Positions 6,918-15,970 of a stretch of DNA of 24,000 nt are shown piece after piece (the stretch's first letter is position 1; each line of letters starts with the position of its first letter). Under the pieces are notes generated by a model. It did no database searches, had not been told where the DNA came from, and worked only from the letters and a program-made list of their open reading frames with translations. The stretch spans positions 1 to 24,000 of the forward strand of contig NZ_JAFIQW010000003.1 in assembly GCF_017355965.1 (NCBI RefSeq), given 5' to 3'. The DNA comes from Herbiconiux sp. SYSU D00978. Lineage in GTDB: Bacteria > Actinomycetota > Actinomycetes > Actinomycetales > Microbacteriaceae. Position numbers and translations under genes: made by a program.

Positions 6918-6923
6918 ACATTA
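6918..6923 (-). promoter_or_regulatory. Candidate -10 box TAATGT, 6 nt upstream of GTG 6911 (leaderless-type).
   Basis: On the minus strand: cgcTAATGTcgaggcGTG. There is no SD between the hexamer and the start codon. Confidence 0.35.
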
Positions 6924-6970
6924 GCGGGCGCCGAATGGGCGTCCGCGTCGAGTACGCGGAGAAGTACGGG

Positions 6971-9883
6971 CTACCAGCCGCGGGTCAGCACCTCGTCGAG
7001 AGCGTCGACGACGAAGTCGGCGCTCTGCCTCGAGAGGCACAGCGGCGGCTTGATCTTCAGCACGTTCTGCCGCTCCGAGGTGGGCTGCACGATGACGCCG
7101 AGGTCGAGCATGCGGTCGCAGATCGCCTGGGTCTCGGCATCCGCCGGCTCGAGCGTCTGCCGGTCGCGCACGAGTTCCACACCGAGGTAGAGGCCGCGCC
7201 CGTGCACCGCGCCGATGAGCGGATGCTTCGCGGCGAGCGCCTCGAAGCGCTGCACGAGGTGCGCGCCGACCTCCGCCGCGTTCTGCTGCAGGCCCTCCCG
7301 CTCCATCACGTCGAGCACGGCGATGCCCGCGGCGCAGCTGGCCGGGGCGCCGCCGGCCGAGGAGAAGAAGTGCCCCTCGGTGGCGAGCGCTTCGGCGATC
7401 TCGCGCCGGGTGAGAACGGCGCCGAGCGGGTACGCGTTGCCCATGGCCTTGGCGGTCGTGACGATGTCGGGCACGACGCCCTGCCACTCGCTCGCCCAGA
7501 AGTGCGAACCGATGCGGCCGTAGCCGACCTGCACCTCGTCGGCGATGCAGAGTCCGCCGTTCGCGCGCACCGCCTCGTACGCCGCGGCGAGGTAGCCCTC
7601 CGGCGGCACGACGCCGCCGGCGTTGCCGAGGATCGGCTCGGCGACGAACCCGGCCACGCTCTCGCCCTCGAGGAACGCGGCGAAGTCGCGGGCGTACGCC
7701 TCGGCGGCATCCGGACCGCGGTGGGTGCCTCGGTAGGCGTTCGGCACGTCGGCGATGCGCACCCAATCCGGCCGGTTCGCGAGTGCGGAGGGGTTGTCGT
7801 AGGCGGAGGTCGTCACGGCATCCGTCGCCATCGACCAGCCGTGGTACCCCTCGCGCAGCGCAACGATCGTGCGACGCCCGGTCGCGAGCTGAGCGAGCCG
7901 GATCGCGAGGTCGACCGCCTCGGTGCCGCTGTTGACGAGCAGCACGGTGTCGAGCGACGGGTGCGGCGCGAGCGCGACGAGCCGCTCGCTGAGGTCGGCG
8001 AGCGCGCGGTAGAGGAACCGCGAGTTGGTGTTGAGCTTGGCCAGCTGCCGCGCGACCGCCTCGGTGAGCGCCGGGTGCCCGTGCCCGATGCCGGAGACGT
8101 TGTTGACCATGTCGACGTAGCTGCGCCCGGCCGTGTCGATGAGGAACTCCCGCCAGCCGCGCTCGATCTGCGGCGGGTGGGCGTAGTAGCGCTCCTGCGC
8201 GCTCGCGAACAGGCGCTCGCGGCGGTGCTGTTCCGCGTCCGGGTCGGCGCGCTGGGGCAGGGGGTCGAGCCCGAGCAGCGGTGCCGGGTCGGCGACGACG
8301 CGCGCCCAGGCGGGGAACCACGCGTCGGACGTGAAGTCGGGCGCCTCCAGTTCCGGCAGGCGCACGTGCCGCACGCGCAGCCGGGCGAGCGGATGCCCCG
8401 CGGCATCCGTCTTGCGCACGGCATCGGGGCACGACGAGGTGCGCCCGAGCAGCGTGCCGGCGGTGACCGGGCCGAGCGGCACGGCGAGCTCGAGCGGACC
8501 GACCTCGAGGTCGCCCGCCGCGCTGCGGAGGAGGAGGCCCGTGGCATCCGCCTCGACGATCTCGCCGTCGAACGGCGCGACGACCGGCGAGCCCGCCCGC
8601 AGCACAAGCTCAGTCACGAGGGCGGCGGTCTCGGGCGCAACGACCGAGCGGACGGGGGTGCGCGTCAGGCGGCGCTGCCCGAACGGGAGCACGACCGCGT
8701 CGTGACCGGCGAGCGCCTCGAGCGCGAGCAACCACTCGGCGTCGGGTTCGAGCCAGCGCCCCGCGGCGAGCGCGTCGGCGTCGACGGAGAGGTCGAGCAC
8801 GGCCGTCTCGCCGAGCTCGGGAAGCAGCCGGGTGGCGGGGGCGAGCGGGGCGGGGGCTTCGGCGCCGGCGGCGGCTTGGACGGCCGCCTCGGCCAGGTCC
8901 GGGTCGACGGAGCGAGCGAGTTCGAAGATGCGCCACTCCCCCGCCATCCGCTCGGCCGCGTAGTCGTTGCCGGGCTCGAGCGACACCTGGTGCTCGCCGC
9001 TGACCACGAGCACGGCGCCGCGCAGCACGACGAGGGGCCAGAGCGCGCTGAGCTCGGCGTCGTCGAGCGGGGACTCCGCGTGGAAGGCGCGGACTGCCGC
9101 GAAGACGTCGGCGAGGTCGTCGGCGTGGGGCAGCAGCGACGACAGGGTCACCGCGAGCTCGGCGACGCGCCAGCCGAGCCCGAGGTCGCCGAAGTCGATG
9201 ACCCCGTCGGGGATCGAGCGGCCCGAGGGATCGGGGGTGCAGACGACGTTGTCGTCGGTGATGTCGCCGTGGATCGGTTGCACTCTCAGGCGGTCGGCGA
9301 CGGTGGCGACGCGCGCCCAGGCATCCGTCACGGCCCGCTCGATGAGCACCCGGCGGCTCGCGTCGGGCACGAAGGGCAGCAGCTCGCGCACGACGCCGGG
9401 CGCGACCCGCAGGTCCCACTGCAGCGCACGCTCGAGCCCGGGTGCCGTGAAGCCGGCGAGCGCGGATGCCACCGAGCCCGACAGCCGGCCGAGCGCGTGC
9501 ATCGCGTCGCGCGAGACGTGAGCGGCACTCGCGAGCGGGCGCCCCTCGAGGAAGGTGAGGAGGCGCACGCGGTGCCCCTGCCACGACTGCCGCGTCGCGC
9601 CGTCGGGCCCGGGCACGGGAGCGGGCACGTGGAGGCCGAGATTGGCTAGGTGCGTGAGCGCGGTGTCCTGCGCGGCGAGCTCGTCGTCGGCGAAGGCGGC
9701 GTTGTCGATCTTGAGTAGGAAGCGCCCGCGGTCGGTCTCGAGCAGGTAGTTGCGGTCCTGCTGACTGCCGAGCTCGCGAGCGGATGCCTCGAGCCCGTAG
9801 ACCTCGCGGGCGATGCGCACCGCGTCGTCGCCGCCCACCTCCGGCCGCACGAGACCCACATCGGTGAAGTCGGAGGCCGTCAT
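6971..9883 (-). CDS. Three-part fusion: N-terminal aminoglycoside/hydroxylysine-kinase-like phosphotransferase (APH fold), a central beta-rich linker domain, and a C-terminal class-III PLP aminotransferase-fold domain.
   Basis: 970 aa. Kinase motifs IHGDITDDNVV and VIDFGDLG. C-terminal NSGTEAVDLAIRLA, DEVQVGYGRIG, and the PLP-lysine context DIVTTAKAMGNAYPLGAV. The middle region (VVAPFDGEIVEA...) may be M23/LytM-like, but I cannot confirm that. Confidence 0.9.
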   Translation of the reverse strand: MTASDFTDVGLVRPEVGGDDAVRIAREVYGLEASARELGSQQDRNYLLETDRGRFLLKIDNAAFADDELAAQDTALTHLANLGLHVPAPVPGPDGATRQSWQGHRVRLLTFLEGRPLASAAHVSRDAMHALGRLSGSVASALAGFTAPGLERALQWDLRVAPGVVRELLPFVPDASRRVLIERAVTDAWARVATVADRLRVQPIHGDITDDNVVCTPDPSGRSIPDGVIDFGDLGLGWRVAELAVTLSSLLPHADDLADVFAAVRAFHAESPLDDAELSALWPLVVLRGAVLVVSGEHQVSLEPGNDYAAERMAGEWRIFELARSVDPDLAEAAVQAAAGAEAPAPLAPATRLLPELGETAVLDLSVDADALAAGRWLEPDAEWLLALEALAGHDAVVLPFGQRRLTRTPVRSVVAPETAALVTELVLRAGSPVVAPFDGEIVEADATGLLLRSAAGDLEVGPLELAVPLGPVTAGTLLGRTSSCPDAVRKTDAAGHPLARLRVRHVRLPELEAPDFTSDAWFPAWARVVADPAPLLGLDPLPQRADPDAEQHRRERLFASAQERYYAHPPQIERGWREFLIDTAGRSYVDMVNNVSGIGHGHPALTEAVARQLAKLNTNSRFLYRALADLSERLVALAPHPSLDTVLLVNSGTEAVDLAIRLAQLATGRRTIVALREGYHGWSMATDAVTTSAYDNPSALANRPDWVRIADVPNAYRGTHRGPDAAEAYARDFAAFLEGESVAGFVAEPILGNAGGVVPPEGYLAAAYEAVRANGGLCIADEVQVGYGRIGSHFWASEWQGVVPDIVTTAKAMGNAYPLGAVLTRREIAEALATEGHFFSSAGGAPASCAAGIAVLDVMEREGLQQNAAEVGAHLVQRFEALAAKHPLIGAVHGRGLYLGVELVRDRQTLEPADAETQAICDRMLDLGVIVQPTSERQNVLKIKPPLCLSRQSADFVVDALDEVLTRGW

Positions 9884-9889
9884 GCTCGA

Positions 9890-9895
9890 ACATTA
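9890..9895 (-). promoter_or_regulatory. Candidate -10 box TAATGT, 6 nt upstream of ATG 9883 (leaderless-type).
   Basis: On the minus strand: cgcTAATGTtcgagcATG. This is the same hexamer and spacing as at 6918..6923. Confidence 0.35.
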
Positions 9896-9937
9896 GCGAT
9901 CCTGCGGGGGCGGCGCGGTACCCCTCTATACGCGAAC

Positions 9938-9961
9938 GAGGGGCCGGTTTCCCGGCCCCTC
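9938..9961 (-). terminator. Perfect 10-bp GC-rich hairpin, 15 nt downstream of the M14 peptidase stop.
   Basis: GAGGGGCCGG-TTTC-CCGGCCCCTC. There is no U-tract, so it would be an I-shaped terminator of the kind common in actinobacteria. Confidence 0.55.
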
Positions 9962-9976
9962 GCTGCGATGGCTACC

Positions 9977-12616
9977 TCAGAGTCCCTTGCCGTTCGGCGG
10001 GGTCACCGGGGTGCCGGCGTCCGCGGTCCACAGCAGGGCCCGCGCGATGTCGCTGAACGCGCCGACCGGGTGGGTGCGGAACGAGGGCGTCGTGCCGAAC
10101 AGGAACAGCTTCGACGTGCCCTTCACGGCGGAGATCGCGGCGGGCTTGCCCGCGGCATCCATCTGAGAACGGCCCGTCTGGTCGGCCCAATGACCGCTGA
10201 CGAACGGGTCGGTCGCGTCGTAGCTCTGCTCGACGGTGAGGCCGGTGCCTGAATACCAGGTCGCCGGATAGACGAAGGCGGTGTCCTGGGCGTAGTCGCC
10301 GAGGACGCCGCTCGCCGGCGTCGTCACGTTGACGATGCCGTTCGAACCGCCCGGCGCCGTCGTCGCGACGACCGCGGCGATGCCCGACGAGGTCGCCATG
10401 GTGGCGCCGGCGCTTCCGCTGCCCACGAGGTCGCCACCGCGGGCGACGAATTCGGCGAGCCCCGAGTTACCGGCTGCGATTTGAGCCGGCGTATAAGTGC
10501 GCGGGTCGAAGCTCACGTTGCCGAGGATGACGTCCACCTGCGCGGGGACCCCGCTCGAGGCGATCCCCGTCGCGGTGAGCTCGACGGTGTCGCGGTAGCC
10601 GAGCTTCGCGAGCACGTCACGGTACTCAGAGCCGACGTACCCGACGGTGGGCAGCGACAGCGCGACGGTGGTCGCGTCGCGCAGACCGGCGCCGTTGTGC
10701 GACTCGAAGACGACACCGAAAGTGTCGGCTGCCCGCTGCACGGCGTCGTTCTTGCCGGGTCCTACGACGATGGTGCCGTCGGCGAGCTGCGAGAGCGCGA
10801 CACCCTCGGCGAGCAGCTCGATGACGGCCTGGTACTCGCTGACGCCGGTGGGACGGAGGGCCTGGTAGCGGCCGCCCTTCGCGGACCCGTTCTGCGCCAC
10901 CGTGGTGATGGGCTGCGCCTTCAGCTTCAGCGCCGGGTCGGTCGTGTCCCCGACCGGCACGACGTCAGCGCCCCAGAGCAGCGACAGGCTCCAGGCGGAG
11001 ATGTCGTACATCGCCGGCGTGCGCTTGGAGATGTCGGAGCCGTCGGCGAGGAGCACGTTGGCGAGCCCGCGCAGCGGCTGGTGCATGTCGACGACGAAGG
11101 AGCCCTTCGCGTAGGTCGTTCCGCCCACCTTCAGCGGCGCCGTGGTGCGCTGCACCTGGATGTCGTGCACCAGGAGCTGCTCGACGAGACGCTCGGCGTC
11201 GGAGTCGGAGCGCTGGCCCTCGCCCATGGGAATGACGTAGGCGCGCGGGATCTCGGTGGGGAAGACGTCCGTCTCGTCCCAGATCTCGGTCCACTCGGTC
11301 GGCGTGCCCGCGGGCAGGTCCTCAGCGCTGACATCCGCGGGGATCGGCGCGATCGGCTCGCCGGCGATGCCGCGGGAGAAGATCTCGATCTGGTTCGCGA
11401 GCAGGGTGTCGTGGTGCTCGGCGACGTAGTCGGCGACCGTCTCGACGACGATCTCCCCGACCGCGATGTTCACGGCTGCGTTGGCCTTGTTCTGCGTCGT
11501 GGACGTCACCCGACCGAGCGGCAGTTCGACGGTGTTCGTGATCGCGCCCTGGTACGCGACGTACTGCGGGGCGAAGATCGGGGGCCAGTCGTCCCATCCG
11601 CTGCGCTGATCACGGTAGGGGATGTTGATCTGGCCGGTATTCGTGGTCGTGTAGCGCGCGTTGCCGGTCTTCGTGCGGTCGTAGTAGGTGTTGCCGGGGA
11701 TGTTGGCAGCGACCACCGCCTCTTCGATCGCGAGCGCGGTCGAGTAGGCGTGCGGCACGAACAGGTCGTACTCGTAGTTCTCGCCGTGCGGCGGGCCGCA
11801 GGGCTCCACCTGGAGCACGCCGGTGTAGCCGTGCAGGTCGATGAAGTAGGTCGGCTGGATGACTCCGGCGAGATCGCGGACGATGGCCGCCTCGGCCGTC
11901 GCGCCCGTGATGAAGTCGCGGTTGGCGTCGTAGCCGGTCGCCGTCGCACGCTGCCCGAGGGCGCGGCCGTCGGGGTTGTTCGTCACCGTGAAGTAGAGCC
12001 GGTGACCCGACAGCAGTGCCTCCACCTCGGGGTCCGCGGAGGTCGCGAGCTCCTCGATGTAGTTGAGGGTGATGTCGGTACCCTCCCACTCGTTGCCGTG
12101 GATGTTGCCGTTGTACCAGATCGGCACCTTGTAGCCCTCGGCGAGCTCGTCGTCTGCGGCGGCAGCCGCGGGCGAGTACTTGATGGCGTCGCGCCACTTC
12201 GCCTGCTGCGCCACCTCGGCGGCGGTCTCCGGCTTCGTGACGGTCACCAGGTAGATGTCGCGGCCCTGGGCCGACTTGCCGACGACCTGCGCGGAGACGC
12301 GGTCGCTCGACTCGATCAGGTCGTTGACGAAGGGGGCGATCTCGTCGTAGGGCATGACGCCGCGGTTGATCGACGCGTCGGCCGGGTTATCGGCTACCTC
12401 CGGCAGCAGCTGCTCGCTCGGCAGCGCCGCGGGAAGGCGGATGTCGGCGGCCGGACGGACGATCGGCAGAGCCGGCGTCTCGACCGCCGCAGTGGCGGGT
12501 GGGGCTGCGGCGAGCACGAGCGCGGCACTGAGGGCGCCGCCGATCGTCGCCGCGATGGCGCGAGAAGGCAAGGTTGCTCCGGAACTGTGGTGGACGGAAA
12601 CGGACGCCGTGCCCAA
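9977..12616 (-). CDS. Secreted M14-family zinc carboxypeptidase with a large C-terminal extension.
   Basis: 879 aa. Zinc and catalytic motifs NIHGNEWEG (HxxE), YDANRDF and IDLHGY. Signal-peptide-like AALVLAAAPPATAAV. The TTG start at 12616 is uncertain; an alternative is TTG 12571 with GGAG 5 nt upstream. Confidence 0.88.
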   Translation of the reverse strand: MGTASVSVHHSSGATLPSRAIAATIGGALSAALVLAAAPPATAAVETPALPIVRPAADIRLPAALPSEQLLPEVADNPADASINRGVMPYDEIAPFVNDLIESSDRVSAQVVGKSAQGRDIYLVTVTKPETAAEVAQQAKWRDAIKYSPAAAAADDELAEGYKVPIWYNGNIHGNEWEGTDITLNYIEELATSADPEVEALLSGHRLYFTVTNNPDGRALGQRATATGYDANRDFITGATAEAAIVRDLAGVIQPTYFIDLHGYTGVLQVEPCGPPHGENYEYDLFVPHAYSTALAIEEAVVAANIPGNTYYDRTKTGNARYTTTNTGQINIPYRDQRSGWDDWPPIFAPQYVAYQGAITNTVELPLGRVTSTTQNKANAAVNIAVGEIVVETVADYVAEHHDTLLANQIEIFSRGIAGEPIAPIPADVSAEDLPAGTPTEWTEIWDETDVFPTEIPRAYVIPMGEGQRSDSDAERLVEQLLVHDIQVQRTTAPLKVGGTTYAKGSFVVDMHQPLRGLANVLLADGSDISKRTPAMYDISAWSLSLLWGADVVPVGDTTDPALKLKAQPITTVAQNGSAKGGRYQALRPTGVSEYQAVIELLAEGVALSQLADGTIVVGPGKNDAVQRAADTFGVVFESHNGAGLRDATTVALSLPTVGYVGSEYRDVLAKLGYRDTVELTATGIASSGVPAQVDVILGNVSFDPRTYTPAQIAAGNSGLAEFVARGGDLVGSGSAGATMATSSGIAAVVATTAPGGSNGIVNVTTPASGVLGDYAQDTAFVYPATWYSGTGLTVEQSYDATDPFVSGHWADQTGRSQMDAAGKPAAISAVKGTSKLFLFGTTPSFRTHPVGAFSDIARALLWTADAGTPVTPPNGKGL

Positions 12617-12690
12617 TACGGGGGACGTCCGCTCCGGACACTACGGAGCAGGTGTTTCGCGCTCGTGTCGGCGGTGTTGCCGAGAGTCGC

Positions 12691-12801
12691 TCAGGTGAGG
12701 ATGCCGATGATCCCGCTGATGAGGAAGTACAGTCCCGCGGCCGCGCCCACGCCCCAGAGGATGAGTCGGCCCTTGGTCACGCCGTTGCCCTTGTCGTCCA
12801 T
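12691..12801 (-). CDS. 36-aa hydrophobic micro-protein, too short for the supplied ORF track.
   Basis: ATG at 12801 lies 9 nt after the lysS stop. The peptide is MDDKGNGVTKGRLILWGVGAAAGLYFLISGIIGILT, followed by TGA. 34 of 36 codons end in G/C, while the antisense frame does not show this bias. One predicted TM helix. Confidence 0.5.
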   Translation of the reverse strand: MDDKGNGVTKGRLILWGVGAAAGLYFLISGIIGILT

Positions 12802-12810
12802 CACGTCAGC

Positions 12811-14352
12811 TCACTTCACCAGGGGGAACAGGATGGTCTCGCGGATGCCGAGACCGGTGATCGCCATGAGCAGGCGGTCGATGCCCATGCCCATGCCGCC
12901 GCAGGGAGGCATCCCGAACTCGAGCGCGCGGAGAAACTCCTCGTCGAGACGCATGGCCTCGACGTCGCCGCGGGCGGCGAGGCGTGCCTGCTCGACGAAG
13001 CGCTCGCGCTGGATGACCGGGTCGACGAGCTCGGAGTAGCCGGTGGCGAGCTCGAAGCCGCGCACGTACAGGTCCCACTTCTCGACGACGCCCTCGACCG
13101 AGCGGTGGTCGCGCACGAGCGGTGAGGTGTCGACCGGGAAGTCCATGACGAACGTCGGCCGATCGAGCGAGCCCTTCACGAAGTGCTCCCAGAGCTCCTC
13201 GACGAGCTTGCCCTTGGTGGGCACGTCCACCTCGACGTCCACGGCATTCGCGAGCTTCGACAGCTCCTCGAAGCTGGTCTGCGGGGTGATCTCCTGGCCG
13301 GATGCCTCGCTGAGCGAGCCGTACATCGAGATGCGCGCCCACTCGCCGCCGAGGTCGTACTTCGTGCCATCGGCCCAGGTGACCTCGTGCGAGCCGGCGA
13401 CCGCGACGGCGGCGTTCTGGATCAGCTCCTGCGTCAGGTCGGCGATCGAGTTGTAGTCGCCGTACGCCTGGTAGGCCTCGAGCATGGCGAACTCGGGCGA
13501 GTGCGTGGAGTCCGCGCCCTCGTTGCGGAAGTTGCGGTTGATCTCGAACACCCGCTCGATGCCGCCGACCACGGCGCGCTTGAGGAACAGCTCGGGCGCG
13601 ATGCGCAGGTAGAGCTCGGTGTCGAACGCGTTCGAGTGCGTCTTGAACGGGCGGGCCGAGGCGCCGCCGTGGATCGTCTGCAGCATCGGGGTCTCGACCT
13701 CGAGGAACCCGTGCGACGCGAACGTGGAGCGGAGCGACGCGACGGCGGTGGCCCGAGCGCGGACGGTGGTGCGGGCCTGCTCGCGCGCGATCAGGTCGAG
13801 GTAGCGGGCGCGCACCCGCGTCTCCTCGCTGAGCTCGGAGTGCAGGTTGGGTAGCGGCTGGATCGCCTTCGCCGCGATCGCCCAGTCGGTGGCCATCACC
13901 GAGAGCTCGCCGCGGCGGCTCGTGATTACCTCGCCCTGCACGAACAGGTGGTCGCCGAGGTCGACGAGCTCCTTGAACCGCTGCAGCGACTCCTCGCCCA
14001 CCGAGGCGAGCGAGAGCATCGCCTGGATGCGGGACCCGTCGCCGGCCTGGAGCGCGGCGAAGCAGAGCTTGCCCGTGTTGCGGAGGTGCACGACCCGGCC
14101 GGCGAGCCCGACGGTCTCGCCCGTCGAGACATCCGGCTCGAGTCCGTCGAAGCGCTCACGCACGGCGGGGATGGTGTCGGTGACGGGCAGCGACACAGGG
14201 TAGGCCTGGGCGCCCTCCTCGAGCAGACGCTGACGCTTCGCGAGGCGCACGGCCTTCTGCTCGGACGCCTCGGCGGCGGCGAGGCGCTCGGCCTCGGCCT
14301 CGCGGGAGGTGGCGTCGGTGGTGGCGATCGGCGTTTCGTCCGAAGAAGTCAT
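12811..14352 (-). CDS. lysS: Lysine--tRNA ligase, class II.
   Basis: 513 aa. OB-fold N-terminal domain and class II core ([10 protein letters not shown]..., NRNFRNEG, ...GMGIDRLLM). Confidence 0.97.
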   Translation of the reverse strand: MTSSDETPIATTDATSREAEAERLAAAEASEQKAVRLAKRQRLLEEGAQAYPVSLPVTDTIPAVRERFDGLEPDVSTGETVGLAGRVVHLRNTGKLCFAALQAGDGSRIQAMLSLASVGEESLQRFKELVDLGDHLFVQGEVITSRRGELSVMATDWAIAAKAIQPLPNLHSELSEETRVRARYLDLIAREQARTTVRARATAVASLRSTFASHGFLEVETPMLQTIHGGASARPFKTHSNAFDTELYLRIAPELFLKRAVVGGIERVFEINRNFRNEGADSTHSPEFAMLEAYQAYGDYNSIADLTQELIQNAAVAVAGSHEVTWADGTKYDLGGEWARISMYGSLSEASGQEITPQTSFEELSKLANAVDVEVDVPTKGKLVEELWEHFVKGSLDRPTFVMDFPVDTSPLVRDHRSVEGVVEKWDLYVRGFELATGYSELVDPVIQRERFVEQARLAARGDVEAMRLDEEFLRALEFGMPPCGGMGMGIDRLLMAITGLGIRETILFPLVK

Positions 14353-14369
14353 GGTGGCCCTCGAAGGCG

Positions 14370-15224
14370 TCAGTACAGATGGATGGTGTCGTTGTCGATC
14401 AGTCGCGTCGATCCGACCCGCGCGGCGACCAGCACGGTCGCAGGTCCTCGGTACCCGTCGTCGACGGGGAGGAAGGTCTCGGGGTCGACGACGACCAGGT
14501 AGTCAAGTGTAACGAGGGGCTCCTCGGCGAAGACGGCCTGGGCGGCGCGGACCACTCCGTCGACCCCCCGGTCGGCTGCGGACGACGCGGCCTCGAGCGA
14601 GACGGACAGCGCGAGGGCCGCGCGGCGCTCCTCGGGCGTGAGGTACACGTTGCGGCTGCTGAGGGCGAGCCCCTCGTTCTCGCGGACGGTCTCGACGACC
14701 TCGATCTCGATGGGCAGGTCGAGGTCCTTGACCATGCGGCGCACGAGGAAGACCTGCTGAGCGTCCTTCTGCCCGAAGACCGCGATGTCGGGGGTGACGA
14801 TGTTGAAGAGCTTCGTCACGACGGTGAGCATGCCGTCGAAGTGCTTGGGCCGCGTCTTGCCCTCGTAGAGCCCGCCGACCTGGCCGGCGGTGACCCGCGT
14901 CTGGCTGGGCCCGTCCGGGTACATCGCGTCGACGCTCGGCGCGAAGACGAGGTGCACGCCCTTGGCGGCGAGCTTCTCGACATCCGCCTCGAGCGTTCGC
15001 GGGTAGCGGTCGAGGTCCTCGTTCGCGCCGAACTGCAGCGGGTTGACGAAGATCGTCACGACGACGGTCTCGGCGACCTCGAGCGCCCGGTCGACGAGCG
15101 CGAGGTGGCCGTCGTGCAGCGCGCCCATGGTCGGCACGACCGCGACGTGTCCGGTGCGGCGGGCGGATGCCACGTGCCCGCGGATCTCCGCGATCGTGTG
15201 CACGACGACGGGGGTGGTGCTCAC
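14370..15224 (-). CDS. panC: Pantoate--beta-alanine ligase.
   Basis: 284 aa from GTG 15224. Motifs [29 protein letters not shown]. The GTGA overlap with the upstream stop fixes the start; the ORF-track extension to 16337 is spurious. Confidence 0.95.
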   Translation of the reverse strand: MSTTPVVVHTIAEIRGHVASARRTGHVAVVPTMGALHDGHLALVDRALEVAETVVVTIFVNPLQFGANEDLDRYPRTLEADVEKLAAKGVHLVFAPSVDAMYPDGPSQTRVTAGQVGGLYEGKTRPKHFDGMLTVVTKLFNIVTPDIAVFGQKDAQQVFLVRRMVKDLDLPIEIEVVETVRENEGLALSSRNVYLTPEERRAALALSVSLEAASSAADRGVDGVVRAAQAVFAEEPLVTLDYLVVVDPETFLPVDDGYRGPATVLVAARVGSTRLIDNDTIHLY

Positions 15225-15970
15225 TCGTCGTCCTCCGTGTCGCCCGGCAGTGCTGTCTCGTCCGCCAGGGCGGTCAGGTCGATCGTATCGGGTGGGGCGA
15301 CGAGGGCGTTCTCGACCGACGAGCGCACGAGCGGCGCGAGCAGCCGTCCGGGGTCGGGCAGGCCGATGCCGTCGAGCAGCCCGACGGCCTGGGCGACGAT
15401 CGCGGTGGAGAAGCTGGTCGCGGTCGTGATCGCCTCGCCGTAGGCGGCGCGGTCGGCCTCGGCGACGATCACGGGCTCGGCGCCCATCTCGACGACGAGC
15501 GCCTGACCGATGGGCTGCACGGGGGCCGGTGCGGTGACGGCGCAGTACGACTCGCGCAGCCGCACGAGGTCGATGCTCGTGCCCGTGAACGACATCGCGG
15601 GATGGATCGCGAGCGGGATGACGCCCTGCGCGAGCGCCGGCTTCAGCACCGAGACCCCGAGGCCGGGCGCCGTGTGCACGACGAGCTGACCGGGCTGCCA
15701 CGCCCCGACGGCGGCGAGCCCCGAGACGAGCCCGGGAAGCTCGGACTCGGGGATCGCGAGGAGCACGAGCTCCGCGCGACGCACGACCTCGGGCACGTCG
15801 AGCACGGGAACGCCGGGCAGCATGGCATCCGCCCGGTCCTTCGACTCCTGCGAGACGGCGCTGATGCCGACGAGGGCGTGGCCGGCGCCGGCCAGGGCGG
15901 CCCCGAGAACCGGGCCGACGCGGCCGGCCCCGACGATGCCGACGCCGAGGCGCCCGGAGCGCTCGGTCAC
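15221..15970 (-). CDS. Rossmann-like plus DUF2520 domain protein (Rv3603c-position homolog; possible ketopantoate-reductase-like role is unproven).
   Basis: 249 aa from GTG 15970. GxGxxG motif GIVGAGRVG. GTGA overlaps at both ends. Occupies the conserved position immediately upstream of panC. Confidence 0.8.
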   Translation of the reverse strand: MTERSGRLGVGIVGAGRVGPVLGAALAGAGHALVGISAVSQESKDRADAMLPGVPVLDVPEVVRRAELVLLAIPESELPGLVSGLAAVGAWQPGQLVVHTAPGLGVSVLKPALAQGVIPLAIHPAMSFTGTSIDLVRLRESYCAVTAPAPVQPIGQALVVEMGAEPVIVAEADRAAYGEAITTATSFSTAIVAQAVGLLDGIGLPDPGRLLAPLVRSSVENALVAPPDTIDLTALADETALPGDTEDDE

